64,000 nucleotides of DNA from Octopus sinensis (Eukaryota). The stretch is from contig NC_043001.1 in NCBI RefSeq assembly GCF_006345805.1, positions 44,888,001-44,952,000 on the forward strand. The letters are read 5' to 3'. Of this stretch, positions 1 through 12,358 are shown in pieces. Numbering within the stretch: position 1 is the stretch's first letter; the number at the start of each line of letters is the position of its first letter. Under the pieces are notes generated by a model. That model worked only from the letters and a program-made list of their open reading frames with translations, was not told the origin of the DNA and ran no database searches. Both the position numbers and the translations under genes were made by a program.

Positions 1-1545
1 TCATGCAGTTGATATACACTAAGAACATTTATGTGTTAAGAGCACGGAGACTGCTGGATAGCTAAAATGAGTAAATGCTACCTAAACAAGTCCTGAAGGT
101 GGAGAAAAAAGAAAGTAGTTGTAAGTAAAACCTACGGATTGGTTTAGTCCAGCACTTTTTAAATTTATTTATATATTTTTGCATAAGACATCTGAAACTG
201 AAGAGAGGAATTTATCTTTAAACCTACTTATGCTAGCAACAGTGTGAATTATGTACCAATTGATGATGTTAAAACAGGTAACAAATTAGTTCTTATTAAG
301 ATCAAGTCTACTAGCTTAGCTGTATATAGGTAACTTAGAGAAATACAATCCATCTACCTATAAGTAGGTTCCACAGTGAAGTGCTGTTTACCAATCTGTA
401 ACCACATACCACAAAGTGATATAGCTTGAATAAAGTTTGAAGCCTTCCGAGGTTAACTTATATTTCATCCTTTCAGGTTTAATAAAATGAGTACTAGATA
501 GGTTCTGTGCTGATTTAGTTAATTGAAATACATCTTTCACCAAAATATGTACCTTTGCTTCAACATTAGAAATTATAATTTTTAAGTAGTAGAGTAACTA
601 AATGGTAAGAGCCAGATAAATTGTCTTCAGATATATAGCTATGTTTCTTTATGAAATGAGTTGTTCAAATTCCACCAGAGCCAATAAAATAAATGCCTTT
701 TAAGTACTAGAGTCGATTTAATTAACTATTTACTCCTTCAGGCCTTATAATAAATTATTATTATTATGCAATATCAGTAATATTGTCTGTTACATATTTT
801 ATGAACCTGAGTAGAATAAAAGATAAAACTGACTTAGGCAAATTTGAACTTAGAAAATGGAGGTTTGAAACTGAGAATTCACAACTATTATTTGCCAAGC
901 ACTACCTTAAACAAATAATGATTTCTAACATAGGAAGAAATTCACAAGTTTGTGGGCAGAAAACAGTCGATTATATCACCATCCCACCTCCAAAGATGGA
1001 AAGCAAAGCTGACAACCTTGTTTAGATTTCAATTAAAATAAAATACACAGCTAAACATTATAAGATACCCAGAGCTCTAGTCATTCTACAACAGCACTGA
1101 CATTCCTTAAACACAATAATAATGACTTCTGAGAGAAGCACAAAGCCACAGATTTTCATGGGTGGGGATATAGTAGATTAGAAGTTCTTAGTAATAGACA
1201 TCCATATTCTCAAGGAGTACAGTAATCAAAAGCTGTGAATATATAAATTGATCTCTAGTATTTTCTCATAGTAAATATAACAAAATACTTATGATTTTCT
1301 TTCCTGTCCTATTCTTGTATCCATATGTAAAGCAAAACCTAACTATTTGTAAATTTTAAAGTTAATCTGGTACCTAGTTGGACTGATGATGATTTCAAGA
1401 TTTTAGGGAAGAAGGTATGAGGATAGATTGGGCAAGTCTTTGAAAGGCTACAATTGTAAAAAAAGGATAAACACCTCAATAGCATGTTATAAAACTGTAA
1501 AAATGTAAAAAAGATAAAAATGCACTTTAAAATGCAATGTCTTAC

Positions 1546-2424
1546 TTGAGGAAGAACATTGATAGCACCATAATACGTGCTTCGAGTGAATGTTGAGATA
1601 GCTGTGTCAGGAAGAAGCTGGTCAATAAATATGGCCATGAAATTAGAGATGAATGTCTTGTGGAATATTTGGAAAAAATTCACGAGGACAAAAGTAATGA
1701 AATTCCGATTTGTAAAGAGTTGTCGAAGAATGATAGTAATGGATTCTGAAGACTTCTTGCTCTCTCCACAACAATTATCTGAACTTGCAATGTCATATTC
1801 AGTGAATGCATTCTTGCCAGTGTATCGCATACACAGACAGCTGATACAAGCAATGATAAAGCATAGTATTTGAAAGTTGCCAAAGTTCTTAAGACTTTGT
1901 GTAAAGTACTCACAGAAGAACACAGATGTGCCGCCAAACAGACAGGCAAGCTCAGCAAACTGTATCAGTTGGAGACGGTCCTTGTGAACATGAGACATCT
2001 CTGTGCTCAAACAACAGTGTGCAAGTCCAATATATGTGAAAGCAGTGTCATAGAGACAGAGTGACATTATCAGGTGGATACCAGTGAGCCAGGTTCCAAT
2101 AGACCAAGGAAACCAAGGAATAAGAAAAGCTAGAGAGAGGAAAGGTGCTGCATACAAGATGGTCTCACGACGACTTCGCACGAATGAATATCCTGACATG
2201 TCCTGGATGTAAGCAAACAATGGATCATTGATGGCATTCCATATCATAAAGACAATCTGAGCTATGTGGAACCAGCTCTCTTCAATGTGGTAAATGTTCA
2301 AGAAGATTTTCACATAGTAAAACTGAAATATTGAGTTCAGAAAGCTGAAGGCAAATGAGGTGAGAGCATATGAAGAGATTCTTTTCCATAAAGATCTGTA
2401 TCGCATTTCAACTGGAGGATCCAT
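1546..2424 (-). CDS. MFSD13A: First coding exon (879 nt, 293 codons) of a TMEM180/MFSD13A-like MFS_2 transporter; the gene continues left of the window
   Basis: Hydrophobic ORF with IWNAINDPLFAYIQD and SLCLYDTAFT motifs typical of TMEM180/MFSD13A. Acceptor ...ttcttggcag|AATCATG (AG at 2430-2429), ATG at 2424, phase-0 donor CAA|gtaag after 1546. The ORF-track extension to 1339 is intron read-through. Confidence 0.8.
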
Positions 2425-3959
2425 GATTCTGCCAAGAATATACACACAAAAAAATTATACATATATATGAAAGGTTGTCAAAGATGTTCCTCCTACAGCT
2501 GGTCCTTTATAGAACCTGAAAAAAAAGATATAAAAAATAATTTATAAACAAAAGAAATATTTCAAAAAATAGTTAAATTTACAAGTAAAACAAAACAAAA
2601 CTCCTAAATATAAAATTATGATCCAGATGATGAATACGTGATAGAGTAGATCTCAGATCCTTGAGAGAGAGATTTTCATTTTTTTACAAAATGTAGTTCA
2701 GTGTTGTTTAGCTGTGAACTACATGGTTTTGTGATTGATTTCCTTGTGCAGAAATTTAAGTGATCTTAACTGAGTTTACTCTATTGCAAGTACCTCAGCC
2801 AGTATCTGGTTTTTGGGTGACCTTGGAAGTGCTGAAAAGGAACATGGTTGCTGTTCAAAGCTTTTAAAACTGAAATAGACAAACCTTGATGAAGCAGATC
2901 TGTAATCTCTTTGGGTAATCCACCAGTCAGTGTTTTCTCTTTAAGATGGTAGGGTGTGATTTCAATGAAAGTTAACTGTCATTTTAAGCTATTTCTATAT
3001 AGGTTACTAAAATAAATATAAAGTTTGTGTTGGATGTGTCATACCCTTCCATCTACCATGTAGTAGAAGTATCATCACTTGTAATTACTCACTCTTTCTC
3101 TCTCTCTCTCTCACACACACTTGCATGCAAACACACTTGTATGCACAGTCGTATGCACACACACACACACTTGCATGCATGCAAACACACACATAAAGTA
3201 AAGACAGCCGTCACAACATTCTAACTCCTAATGACAGCTGTTTCAACAAACTATAAATGAATGACATTTTATACCCCATTCACCTACATGTATGTATCTC
3301 ACACAGACACTCTGCCTGTGATTTGAAAACACTTCAGTCAACTGATATTAATGCAAGCAATTAATAGACATAAACTTTGTCTAAAGATGTTTAAAATTTA
3401 ACAACAAATGAAAAATTCTAAGTTCTAGACAATATAGACAAAATAGATTTCAGTGGATCCCAAAACTTAGCTGGTGAATGCAACAAACATTCTTCCATGT
3501 CAGTTAGGCATAATCTACTCAGGTATAGGACAAACAATTTACTGCTTTTGTTGATTTTATCAGGTCAGATCACATCACCCTGAAGCACTATCCACTCTAT
3601 CTAACAATCAAATAGCTTCATTATGAAACATTAAATAGAAATCAACAGCTACAAAGTTTAATTTGTGCTTTCCTTTGTTGCAGGAGAGATCATATTAAGT
3701 AAGTAAATGGTGAACGAATAAACAACTGCAACAGATGTTTGAAGAAAAAAAGAAAAAAAGTCACAGATGCCACCACCACCACCACCATTATTATTTAATA
3801 CTCACTTTTCCAAACTTAGGTCAGACGAATTTGTTGGGACTGATTTTCTACAGCCTCACATGTTTCCAAGCAAGGTAATTCTTTGTATAGCAATGATGCT
3901 CATTTACAACTATCATCTAATGTCCAGGCAAGAACACACACACACACACACCACACACA

Positions 3960-4150
3960 CATACTCGCACATGCACATACTCGCACACACATAATGGGCT
4001 TCTTTCGATTTCCAACAACCAATTTGATGAACAAGACTCTTGTCAGCCCAAGGCTAGAGTAAAAGACACTTGCCCAAGGTACTGCACAATTAGACTGAAC
4101 CCAAGACCACACAGTTGGAAAGCAAACCTCTTAACCACACAGTCACACTT
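3960..4150 (-). mobile_element. tRNA-derived SINE fragment (same family as 28690-29070)
   Basis: Reverse complement reads GTGGTTAAGAGGTTTGCTTTCCAACTGTGTGGTCTTGGGTTCAGTC...TTGGGCAAGTGTCTT, matching the 28690 copy; boundaries approximate. Confidence 0.7.
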
Positions 4151-4779
4151 GTGCCAATTATACAGAGTTTTAAAATTGTTTGAAAAACCACTTCAATGCA
4201 AATTAGAAATAAACAAAAGTAAAGCCATAGGCAACAGCTCACTCTTTTATTGTATGTTTCAACATTCAAATTTCAAAACTTCTTATCAAGAAAATGGCCG
4301 ACAAGCTTAGATCTGATCTGTACAAACATGTAGAGATAGATGTACAGTTTGCTAATGTTATATTAGACAATTATCACTGTACAAATGTAATCGCTTGCTG
4401 ATAGAGTAATAAGGATAGCCTACTTAATCCTTAAATTATTAGTATTCTGTTCTGAGGATTTGGTAATGACCACAATATCCTTATTAAAAAAATTTCTCCA
4501 GGTCTTATTAATAGAAGAGGCATTTGTATGAATGTGTTCTTTAGCACATATGCAGTTTATGAATGATGTTTCTCTTAGGTAAGACCTAACACATTGACAA
4601 CATCCAATGTGATACATCATGTAGGCATGCTAATACATGCTCACATTATTGATGGGGCAGTTATGAAGTGTGCATACATGTTGCTGTATATGGACCAACT
4701 TCCAGGCAAACATTTTTTTAGACTCAAAGTGCACCAGCAGAACATTAAGTATGCAGTCTGGGGAGTTAGGTGTAAGGGG

Positions 4780-5070
4780 TGATGTTGTGGCCAGATGTAA
4801 GGGATGATGTGGTCGCATAAATTGTCTGACTGCCATGACTGGGTTCTTCTGCTTTTGTGGCATGGTGTAGAGTCCTGTTGCCAGACATAGGGTCTTCCAG
4901 CAGCCACCCTCTTGACCCAGGGCAACACTACCTCCTCCAGGCACTTGATGTAGGCCTCTGTGTTGAGTCTGAAGCCATGTGGGAAGATGAATGGAGGCAT
5001 TGCCATCACCAGTGATCATTCCCAAAACCATGATGTTGACTGGATGTTTGGTTTTTATCACTCTCAGTAC
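4780..5070 (-). mobile_element. Decayed Tc1/mariner (maT/DD37D-like) transposase fragment
   Basis: Frameshifted reading MVLGMITGDGNAMPPFIFPHGFRLNTEAYIKCLEEVVLPWVKRVAAGRPYVWQQDSTPCH...WP...NSPDC resembles the maT catalytic domain. Confidence 0.75.
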
Positions 5071-5391
5071 ATGTCCTCAGATTGATACACAAACACTCTG
5101 AAATGTTCGTATTGGAACTTCCGGTGCAAATGCCAAGCAGTACATCATGTCATTTCCAAATTTCTGGCAGAGTGAATTGCATCAGGATGTTGTTTTTCTT
5201 ACAGGTGGTGCCCAACTGACTCTACTATACTATAAGGAAAAGATTTGTTAGGTCTTTAGGCTTACATTTTTGCATTCCTAATTGATGGCACATATGTGCA
5301 CAGTTGCTTCAGGTAGATAAATTTTTTCTTTTTTCCTTTTTTATCTTCTGTGAACCTTCAATCGCCTGTCAATATTCCTCTGATAAAGTTT

Positions 5392-5479
5392 AAATCATTC
5401 TGATGATGTTTGTTACATGGAACGAGATAAACGAAAGTTTATCTCAAAAATAACGAACAGAAACAGCTGTAAATGTTAT
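5392..5479 (+). ncRNA. Type I hammerhead ribozyme motif with intact catalytic core
   Basis: Stem I CATT(5396-99)/AATG(5472-75); core CTGATGA 5400-5406; stem II TGTTTGTTA/TAACGAACA enclosing the perfect hairpin GAGATAAAC-GAAA-GTTTATCTC; GAAA 5460-63; stem III with palindrome ACAGCTGT; GUA cleavage triplet (A5471). Confidence 0.7.
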
Positions 5480-6235
5480 CTTAACCATAATTAAGCTATG
5501 ATCATTCGATACTAAAGATCAACTTCTAATTGTTACATGTTGCTCCATTTCTTCTCTTATCTGAATATATTAAACCACGGTCTACCCTTAAATTACCAAC
5601 TACTGTTAACCTAACAGCAAGGCCTATACATAGTTAGGTAATGCACCAGTAGTGCTTACGGATACATTTATCCCTTCGACGGGTGCATAACCTCTAACTC
5701 ATAATTTCTTTAAAAGAATATATATATATACATATATCAAAAGGATGTGTTATAACACTATTCCACATACACAAAAACAACCATACCAACAATCCAACAT
5801 ACCTCCATCATCAGCTGCCCCACAGATATCATTATGGTTTCGACACCTGGGCAGTACCATTCAATCCAGCAGTGTCAACAGCACTAAAAGAAGTGTCATT
5901 TGGGATCAAACACAAAAAAAAAAAAAAACCCAAAAAACACAACTTTCAAACACATTTACCCTAAATAAAACAGTATTCAATAAAATATAGGCAGGATTAA
6001 ACACTATCTTTAAAATTAAACTACAAGAAACATATAAATCTATGTACATCTGTATCGGTATTAATAGTAAACCTACAATAACTAAATTATGTACTAAATA
6101 GCGACTAAGTCTGTACAAATAATAATCCCACCAGTCTTCCATAGTTACTACTATAATAAAAGAAAGTAAAAGCTTGAGAGAATATTTAAAGTTATATACA
6201 TATGTATATATACACACATACATACAATATTTTAC

Positions 6236-6630
6236 CTTCTACTTCTTTTAGCCATTGGACTGCAGCCATGCTGGAGCACTGCTTTGAAGGGTTTAGCTGA
6301 ACAAATTGACCCCAGTACTTTTTTAAGCCTGGTACTTATCGTATCAGTGTCTTTCACCAAACTACTAAGTAATGTGTACTTCAACAAGCTGACACTTGTT
6401 GTCAAGTGGTGGTGGAGGACAAACACAGACACACATACACACACGCATGCACACATACACATATATATACAAGACAGGCTTCTTTCAGTTTCTGTCTACC
6501 AAATCTACTCACAAAGATTCTTGGTTAGCCAAGGGCTTATAGTAGAAGACACTTCTCCAAGGTACCACACAGTGGGACTGAACCAAATATCATGAGGTTG
6601 GGAAGCAAACCTCTTACCATACAGCCACAC
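6236..6630 (-). mobile_element. tRNA-derived SINE, near full length
   Basis: Reverse complement matches the 28690-29070 SINE, including the CA/TA microsatellite middle and the CCAGCATGGCTGCAGTC tail. Confidence 0.8.
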
Positions 6631-8479
6631 ATATGTATACATACACACACACATGCGCATGTGTGTATGTATACACACACATACATGAACATATGTGTGT
6701 ATGTATACACACACACATGTACACGCACATAAATATTAACTTTTATAAAGAAAAGTTGACAGTGACAGCAAAGTTTTGGCTCACTTGCCTTTATCAGACT
6801 GTGTTTTAGTTGAGTTCTTTTTTGGCTTTATATAGTCTTTGACAATTTGTTCTCAGTGTAGGTGGAGTTATGTGAATGATAATTAGGCCACATGGTTGCA
6901 AAGTGAGTTGCTTACACACACACAACCATGCCTATACCTAAAGTAGTTGTTCTGCTTTTAGAATAAGCTTTTCAACAAATATATTGAAAGAATATGCTGA
7001 GTACATGGATATAAATTTTTAGAACAGTTTATGTTTATAGTTGGATATTTGCCTCTACCAACCATCAACCACTTAAACATGATATGGGGGTTAGTGCAAC
7101 TCGGAGTAAACAATATAATGTGAGCTATTAAGAGGGACAGTTGTAATAGGATATTATAAGAAATAAGATAATTATATGGCAATTTAGATTTATCTGTGCT
7201 GTTAATTAATTACACAGATATTATCCACCCCAAAAGTAATTACTACTACTTATTCATGGAAACTTTTTCTGCACATTTTGAAACTTTTCTTTTCTTTAGA
7301 CACACATACACCTTCAGACAGAAAAGAAGAGAAATGAGAATGTGTGATATTCATGTCTTTCTCAATAGCATAAACAGCATTATTGTGTTGGAAATTAAGT
7401 TAACCCCAAGACCTGTGGGGGTAGTTAACTGATTGAAAGTTTGGAGTCATGAACTGAATCTACGACATTTCTTTATTCTCAGTCAATTATTATTATTGTC
7501 GTTGTTTGATCAAGCAGACCAAAGACATTCCAGCTGTGGCCAATTCATCCACTACATATTCCTATCTTGATGTCTCTTGGCAAACATTATCAAAGGTGCT
7601 ATTCCATTTTTAAGATGATAGTGTGTAGTTTATGGGAGATTTGCCTGCTATTTCTAGTGGGTTGAATGACTCCACAGCGTAGGAATAGGGAATCTCACGA
7701 TCAAATTGCAATTGCATAAGAATTTGTTTAGGTACATATGCAGTGTGAAAAATAGTGAACTTTTAATTTTACATATTCAGAGTTATGTAACTTATAACAT
7801 AAGACTTAAACTGGGTTTTTTTCTCACATGTAGGCTTTTAGAGTCAACAGTAAGCAGGTCCAAATACACATGTGATTAAAATTTTATCCACATGTAATGG
7901 TATTCCCACCTTTGACATACAAGCTCTCTCACTGGTACATCAGTCAATGCTATTTTTCAGTAATGCACTCTCTGTTGTTTAGAAAAGACATTAAAGTTCC
8001 CACTTACTATAGCTCTCAAATACATCTGGTATCATGCCTACGTAAAAACCAACTACCATAACTCATTAAGACATTTGCTTATGGTTTGATTTTCGCTCAT
8101 CAGTTTGCCTTTCCCCTAAAAATTTTCAGTTCTGATCACTGTAGAATAGTGGTAAATATTCAGCAGCCTGAATGTGTGATGCAAATTCAGTCCTAGTTGA
8201 GTCATTTGAATTAACTTATTCCAAGACACAATATCAAGTCATACAGATATCTTACACTACACCTCACATCCACCATAAAATCCATCAAATCGGTTGGTTT
8301 AGAGTTGCTTACCAACACTCTATCTTCTAACATTTCTACTGCTTCTACATGACCTCTGCTCCTCTGCTTCTCAGAGTTAGCTTGATTCATGCCAGCTCCA
8401 CCCAAGCCCACATAACTCACTTCTTTCTCTTTCTCTACCTTACCTACCTAAGCCCTGCACTAACCACAGATTTCACAGC

Positions 8480-9570
8480 ATTGTGTCAATATGATTCAAG
8501 ATATCATTGGGGAAAATTGTACATGCAATGATAATGGCACAACATCATTGAAGATGAGAAGAAAGAAGCTCAGAAATATTAATTTGAGAGGTTGTTGAAT
8601 GTAGATAATGCATGGAAAAAAGAGAGACTAACCCAAGTAGACACAACTGAATGCAAGAAAATTAGTGCTAGACTATAAGGGACAGTTACTGATGTGTTGA
8701 CAATATCTGGTGCCACTGCTTGTGTAGTCCACCAGATGTTTTAGGGATGGGTCATACTCAATGATTGGCATGCAGTTGTTTCAAAGAAAAAGGAGATGCT
8801 CTAGAAAGAGATATGAAACTGATGGACCAAGGTATGAAGGTAACATAACTAATTAAGTTAGATGCTCCTCATAGTGAGATAGCTACAGGAGAAATTCTTA
8901 GCAAAGAACAAGAAATTATAATTAGTATTCATTGATCTAAAGAAGGCCATTGACAGAATATCATGTTCTATAATGTGGTGGTCTTTAAGAAAACTGGGGA
9001 TAGATGAATGGTTTGTGGGAGTTATGCAAGCTGTATACAGTATACTGTCAGCTAGGTGTGACTTGGGAAATTTAGCTTGGAAGTTTCTAAGACAACCTTT
9101 TGAAAGTCATTGTCCAGATTTGTGGTTGAAGTAAAGTACCATTTAGCATTCAAGGATCATTTGTCAGCTCCCTCTTTTTATTCTAGTTCTGCAGAACATA
9201 ACATAGGAGTTTAAGAGCAGGTGTTTCTATGGAAACACCTGTGTGATGATAATCTAGTTTGTATAGCTGAATGTATTAAAAATTTAGGGAAGACATTTGG
9301 AAAGTGAAAGTAAAACCTAGAATGAAGACATCACAAGATAAATCTAGCAAAGACAAAGTTCAAGTTAGCTGGAGAGAAGACTGGATGTGCCATCAGTGAG
9401 GTAGTCATGCTCAATATGCAGAAAATAATTAGTAGAAACTCTGTACTGTGTACCAATTATAAAACATAGGTGTATAAGAGAAGCTCTGATTCATTAATAA
9501 GCTAACAGAATATTTCATAATTAGCAGCAAGAGAACCCATGTAATGTATTCTTTCAAATGCTTGGATGGC
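8480..9570 (+). mobile_element. Heavily decayed RTE-clade LINE reverse transcriptase fragment
   Basis: Nucleotide similarity to the better preserved 14300-16450 element (GATCTAAAGAAGGCCATTGACAGA...TGGTCTTTAAGAAAACTGGGGATAGATGAATGG); many stops. Confidence 0.6.
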
Positions 9571-9842
9571 TTCTTTGTAAATTCACAGTTACCATTACTT
9601 AAACCATCATTCTCGAGTCCTATGGACTCATAAGGGCTGGTTTTCATAGTGTATGAATATATTTATGCTGGTCCATTGCAGGATTACTCATTTTTGCCAG
9701 TTGAGCAGACTGGAGCAATGGAGTGCTTTGCTCAAGAACACAACATGTCACCCAGTCTAGGAATTGAAACCACAATTTTACATGTGTGCTACATCCTAAC
9801 CACTAGGCCACATGTCTCCACATTACTTAAGTAATCTAATTA

Positions 9843-10330
9843 GTTATGATGGATGTTCTGAAAACATACCAACCAAAGTACGAACATGGTGGAAAAAGTC
9901 CAAGGATCTATTACCTCTGCTGGTAATATGTGGGGGGCTTTCTCTCCAAGGAAAGATCAGATTATATGAATTTTATGTGCAAAATGCAGTGTTGCATGTT
10001 TGAAGAACATAGGTATTAATTGCAGAGGATGTGAAAGGCTAAGAAGAAATGAAGCAAGCATGTTCTGTAGGATATGTAATATTAGTGTGTTTGTATGATA
10101 GAATACAAATGTGCTGAAAGAAAAATTGAGTATAAGCAGAATCGCATGTAATATTACATGTTGATATGGAGATTGCTAAGTTAGATAAAGAAATGTCAAG
10201 TGGTACAAGTGGAATCTTTGAAAGAAAAAGACATGTGAAGAAATGAAAACTTATCTCCAGGCACTGAATCTTATGAAGATGAAAAGCTTTCAAAGTATGC
10301 TTTTTATCTCATGCAACCCCACTTCTGCTA
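9843..10330. mobile_element. Possible decayed mariner relic
   Basis: Starts with TATGATGGATGTTCTGAAAA, which resembles a mariner TIR; no usable ORF. Confidence 0.3.
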
Positions 10331-11495
10331 CCACTTGACTAGAATAATTCATGCTTGTTTTTTTATATCATATTTAAATCAATTGTTTTCCATAATTGGT
10401 TGACACATATGAACATGCTAATGAGGTTACTATGGCAGTGCTTTTAACTATGATAAGATATTGATTTTTTTTTCTATTGATACAAAGCCTTATTATATAT
10501 ATATGCCCATCTCAATTCTATAAGTCATACTTTTTTTATATAGTGATCCTGGGGAGATTAGTTACTTAGGTTCAACTCCAGTTATGTCCTTTTCAACAAC
10601 TGACTTGTAACCAATGTTATATTATAAGGGCAGTATTGTTGCTAAGATGATACAGTGCTAGACAGCTATTGAGCTGGTTACAAAGCTGGTTAATTATGTC
10701 AACTCCCATCACATTACTGGCTATTTGTTGAACCTAGAGGAAGAGAAGACAAAGTCAACCTTGTCAGAATTTACTCTGGGAAGCTAAAGAGATAAAGTTA
10801 AACACTCTAAGGTACTTTTCAGCTTAATTTACACAACTATTCCTTTTGTTATAATATGATGTTTGAGATGTTTCTAATGAAAGCCTACCATAATTTTAAA
10901 TTGGTTACTGGTTCAACACTGAAGTTTTGCATTTCATATATTGTGTTATGAGTATATCAGCCTGCTATAGCTCATCTGTGTTCTGTTTTTTTTTTTATCA
11001 TTTGGTCAAGAAGAAGTGGCTGTGTTCATGGCTTTATAAACCCTCTAGGACTGAAGAGGTCAGTGTGGTTGATATTCTTCATAAACAAATGCAAGAAAAA
11101 TAGAAGAAAGGAGAGAATTCCAGTCCCACTTATGTTCTGGAAAGAGAGTATTGGGAATAGATTAATTTCCCCTGTCCAAGTAGTTGATAAAAAAAGACTA
11201 ATAAATTAAAAGTGAACCACAATCATTTACAAGCTATGACCCCAACAGACATCATACAGTTCCTAGAAGTGTAGTATATTCTGAGTTACATTCTTTCTTC
11301 TTCTTCTTGCTCTATTAGAGAATTTGAGTAAAATTATATTAATGTGTCCAACTGATGAAACAAATTCTATTTATTTATGCAGCTGAGGAAAGCCCAGCAT
11401 TTAAATTAATGTAATGCATTGTTCAATTAAATGGAGCAGCTTGAAGCGGTTGTACTGCATCACCTCTTGATATCCTGATGCTTATTTTGATTATT

Positions 11496-11539
<44 letters not shown>

Positions 11540-11870
11540 GGCGCATGGCTCAGTGGTTAGAGTGTCGAGCTTACAACTGTGAGGTTGTGAGTTCGAATCC
11601 TGGACCGGGCTGCGTGTTTTGTTCTTGAGCAAGACACTTTATTTCACATTGCTGCAGTTCACTCAGCTGTAGAAATGAGTTGCGACGTCACTGATGCCAA
11701 GCTGTATTGGCCTTTGCCTTTCCCTAAGATGACATCGGTGGCATAGAGAAGGGACGCTGGTATGCATGGGCGACTGCTGGTGTTCCATAAACAACCTTGC
11801 TTGGACTTGTGCCTCGGATGGTAACTTTCTAGGTGCAATCCCATGGTCATTTGTGACCGAAAGGGGTCTC
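11540..11870 (+). mobile_element. tRNA-derived SINE with Pol III A and B boxes
   Basis: GGCGCATGGCTCAGTGG (A box)...GTTCGAATCC (B box), followed by a TTCTTGAGCAAGACACTT SINE body. No pairing acceptor stem, so not a tRNA gene. Confidence 0.8.
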
Positions 11871-11876
11871 AGCAAA

Positions 11877-11880
<4 letters not shown>

Positions 11881-11925
<45 letters not shown>
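11881..11925. repeat. (TA)n microsatellite; similar tracts at ~12245-12360, 35470-35535, 35735-35845, 44195-44223, 56660-56730 and 58670-58752, and (TG)n at ~11500-11537 and 55750-55804
   Basis: Read directly from the sequence; these tracts produce many spurious ORFs in the track. Confidence 0.95.
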
Positions 11926-11930
<5 letters not shown>

Positions 11931-11933
11931 GTT

Positions 11934-12169
11934 AAAAGTAATTAAGTTAATGTCTGGTCATAGAGTGACCAATGATTTTGCATCCACAAAGGCCTTAGCC
12001 TCACAGATGTCTCATCTCATCAGACTTGAAAGCTGAAGACAAAAAAGAAAAATTGATTGTTTTTTTTGTCTTCAGCTTTAGAATTTGATGAGGCATCCAT
12101 GAGGCTAAAGCCTTCATGGGTGCAAAACTACTGGTCATTTTATGATTGGACATTAACTTAATTACTTTT
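11934..12169. repeat. About 236-bp imperfect palindrome made of two decayed hammerhead-bearing units around a perfect 18-bp hairpin
   Basis: AAAAGTAATTAAGTTAATGTC (11934-11954) pairs with GACATTAACTTAATTACTTTT (12149-12169). Central stem 12029-12046/12062-12079. Hammerhead folds at 12079-12142 (+) and 11961-12025 (-). Confidence 0.8.
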
Positions 12170-12323
12170 GATACATTACTGCTGTATGCTTTAGAGTGTG
12201 CTTCTTTTTTGGATTTATGATACATTGACAATATATGTGTGTGTATATACCTATAATATATATATATACATACATATAAGTATATATATATATATATATA
12301 CATACATATATGTATGTATATAT

Positions 12324-12357
<34 letters not shown>

Positions 12358-12358
<1 letters not shown>

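Noticed and set aside
1339-1545. C-terminal extension of the 368-aa MFS ORF
   Set aside because: Lies past a CAA|gtaag donor and loses family similarity, so it is intron read-through.
3220-3340. Hammerhead on the minus strand (GAAACAGCTGTC)
   Set aside because: No CTGANGA box or stem I partner upstream; at best a remnant.
11540-11615. tRNA gene
   Set aside because: A and B boxes are present, but there is no acceptor stem and a SINE body follows.
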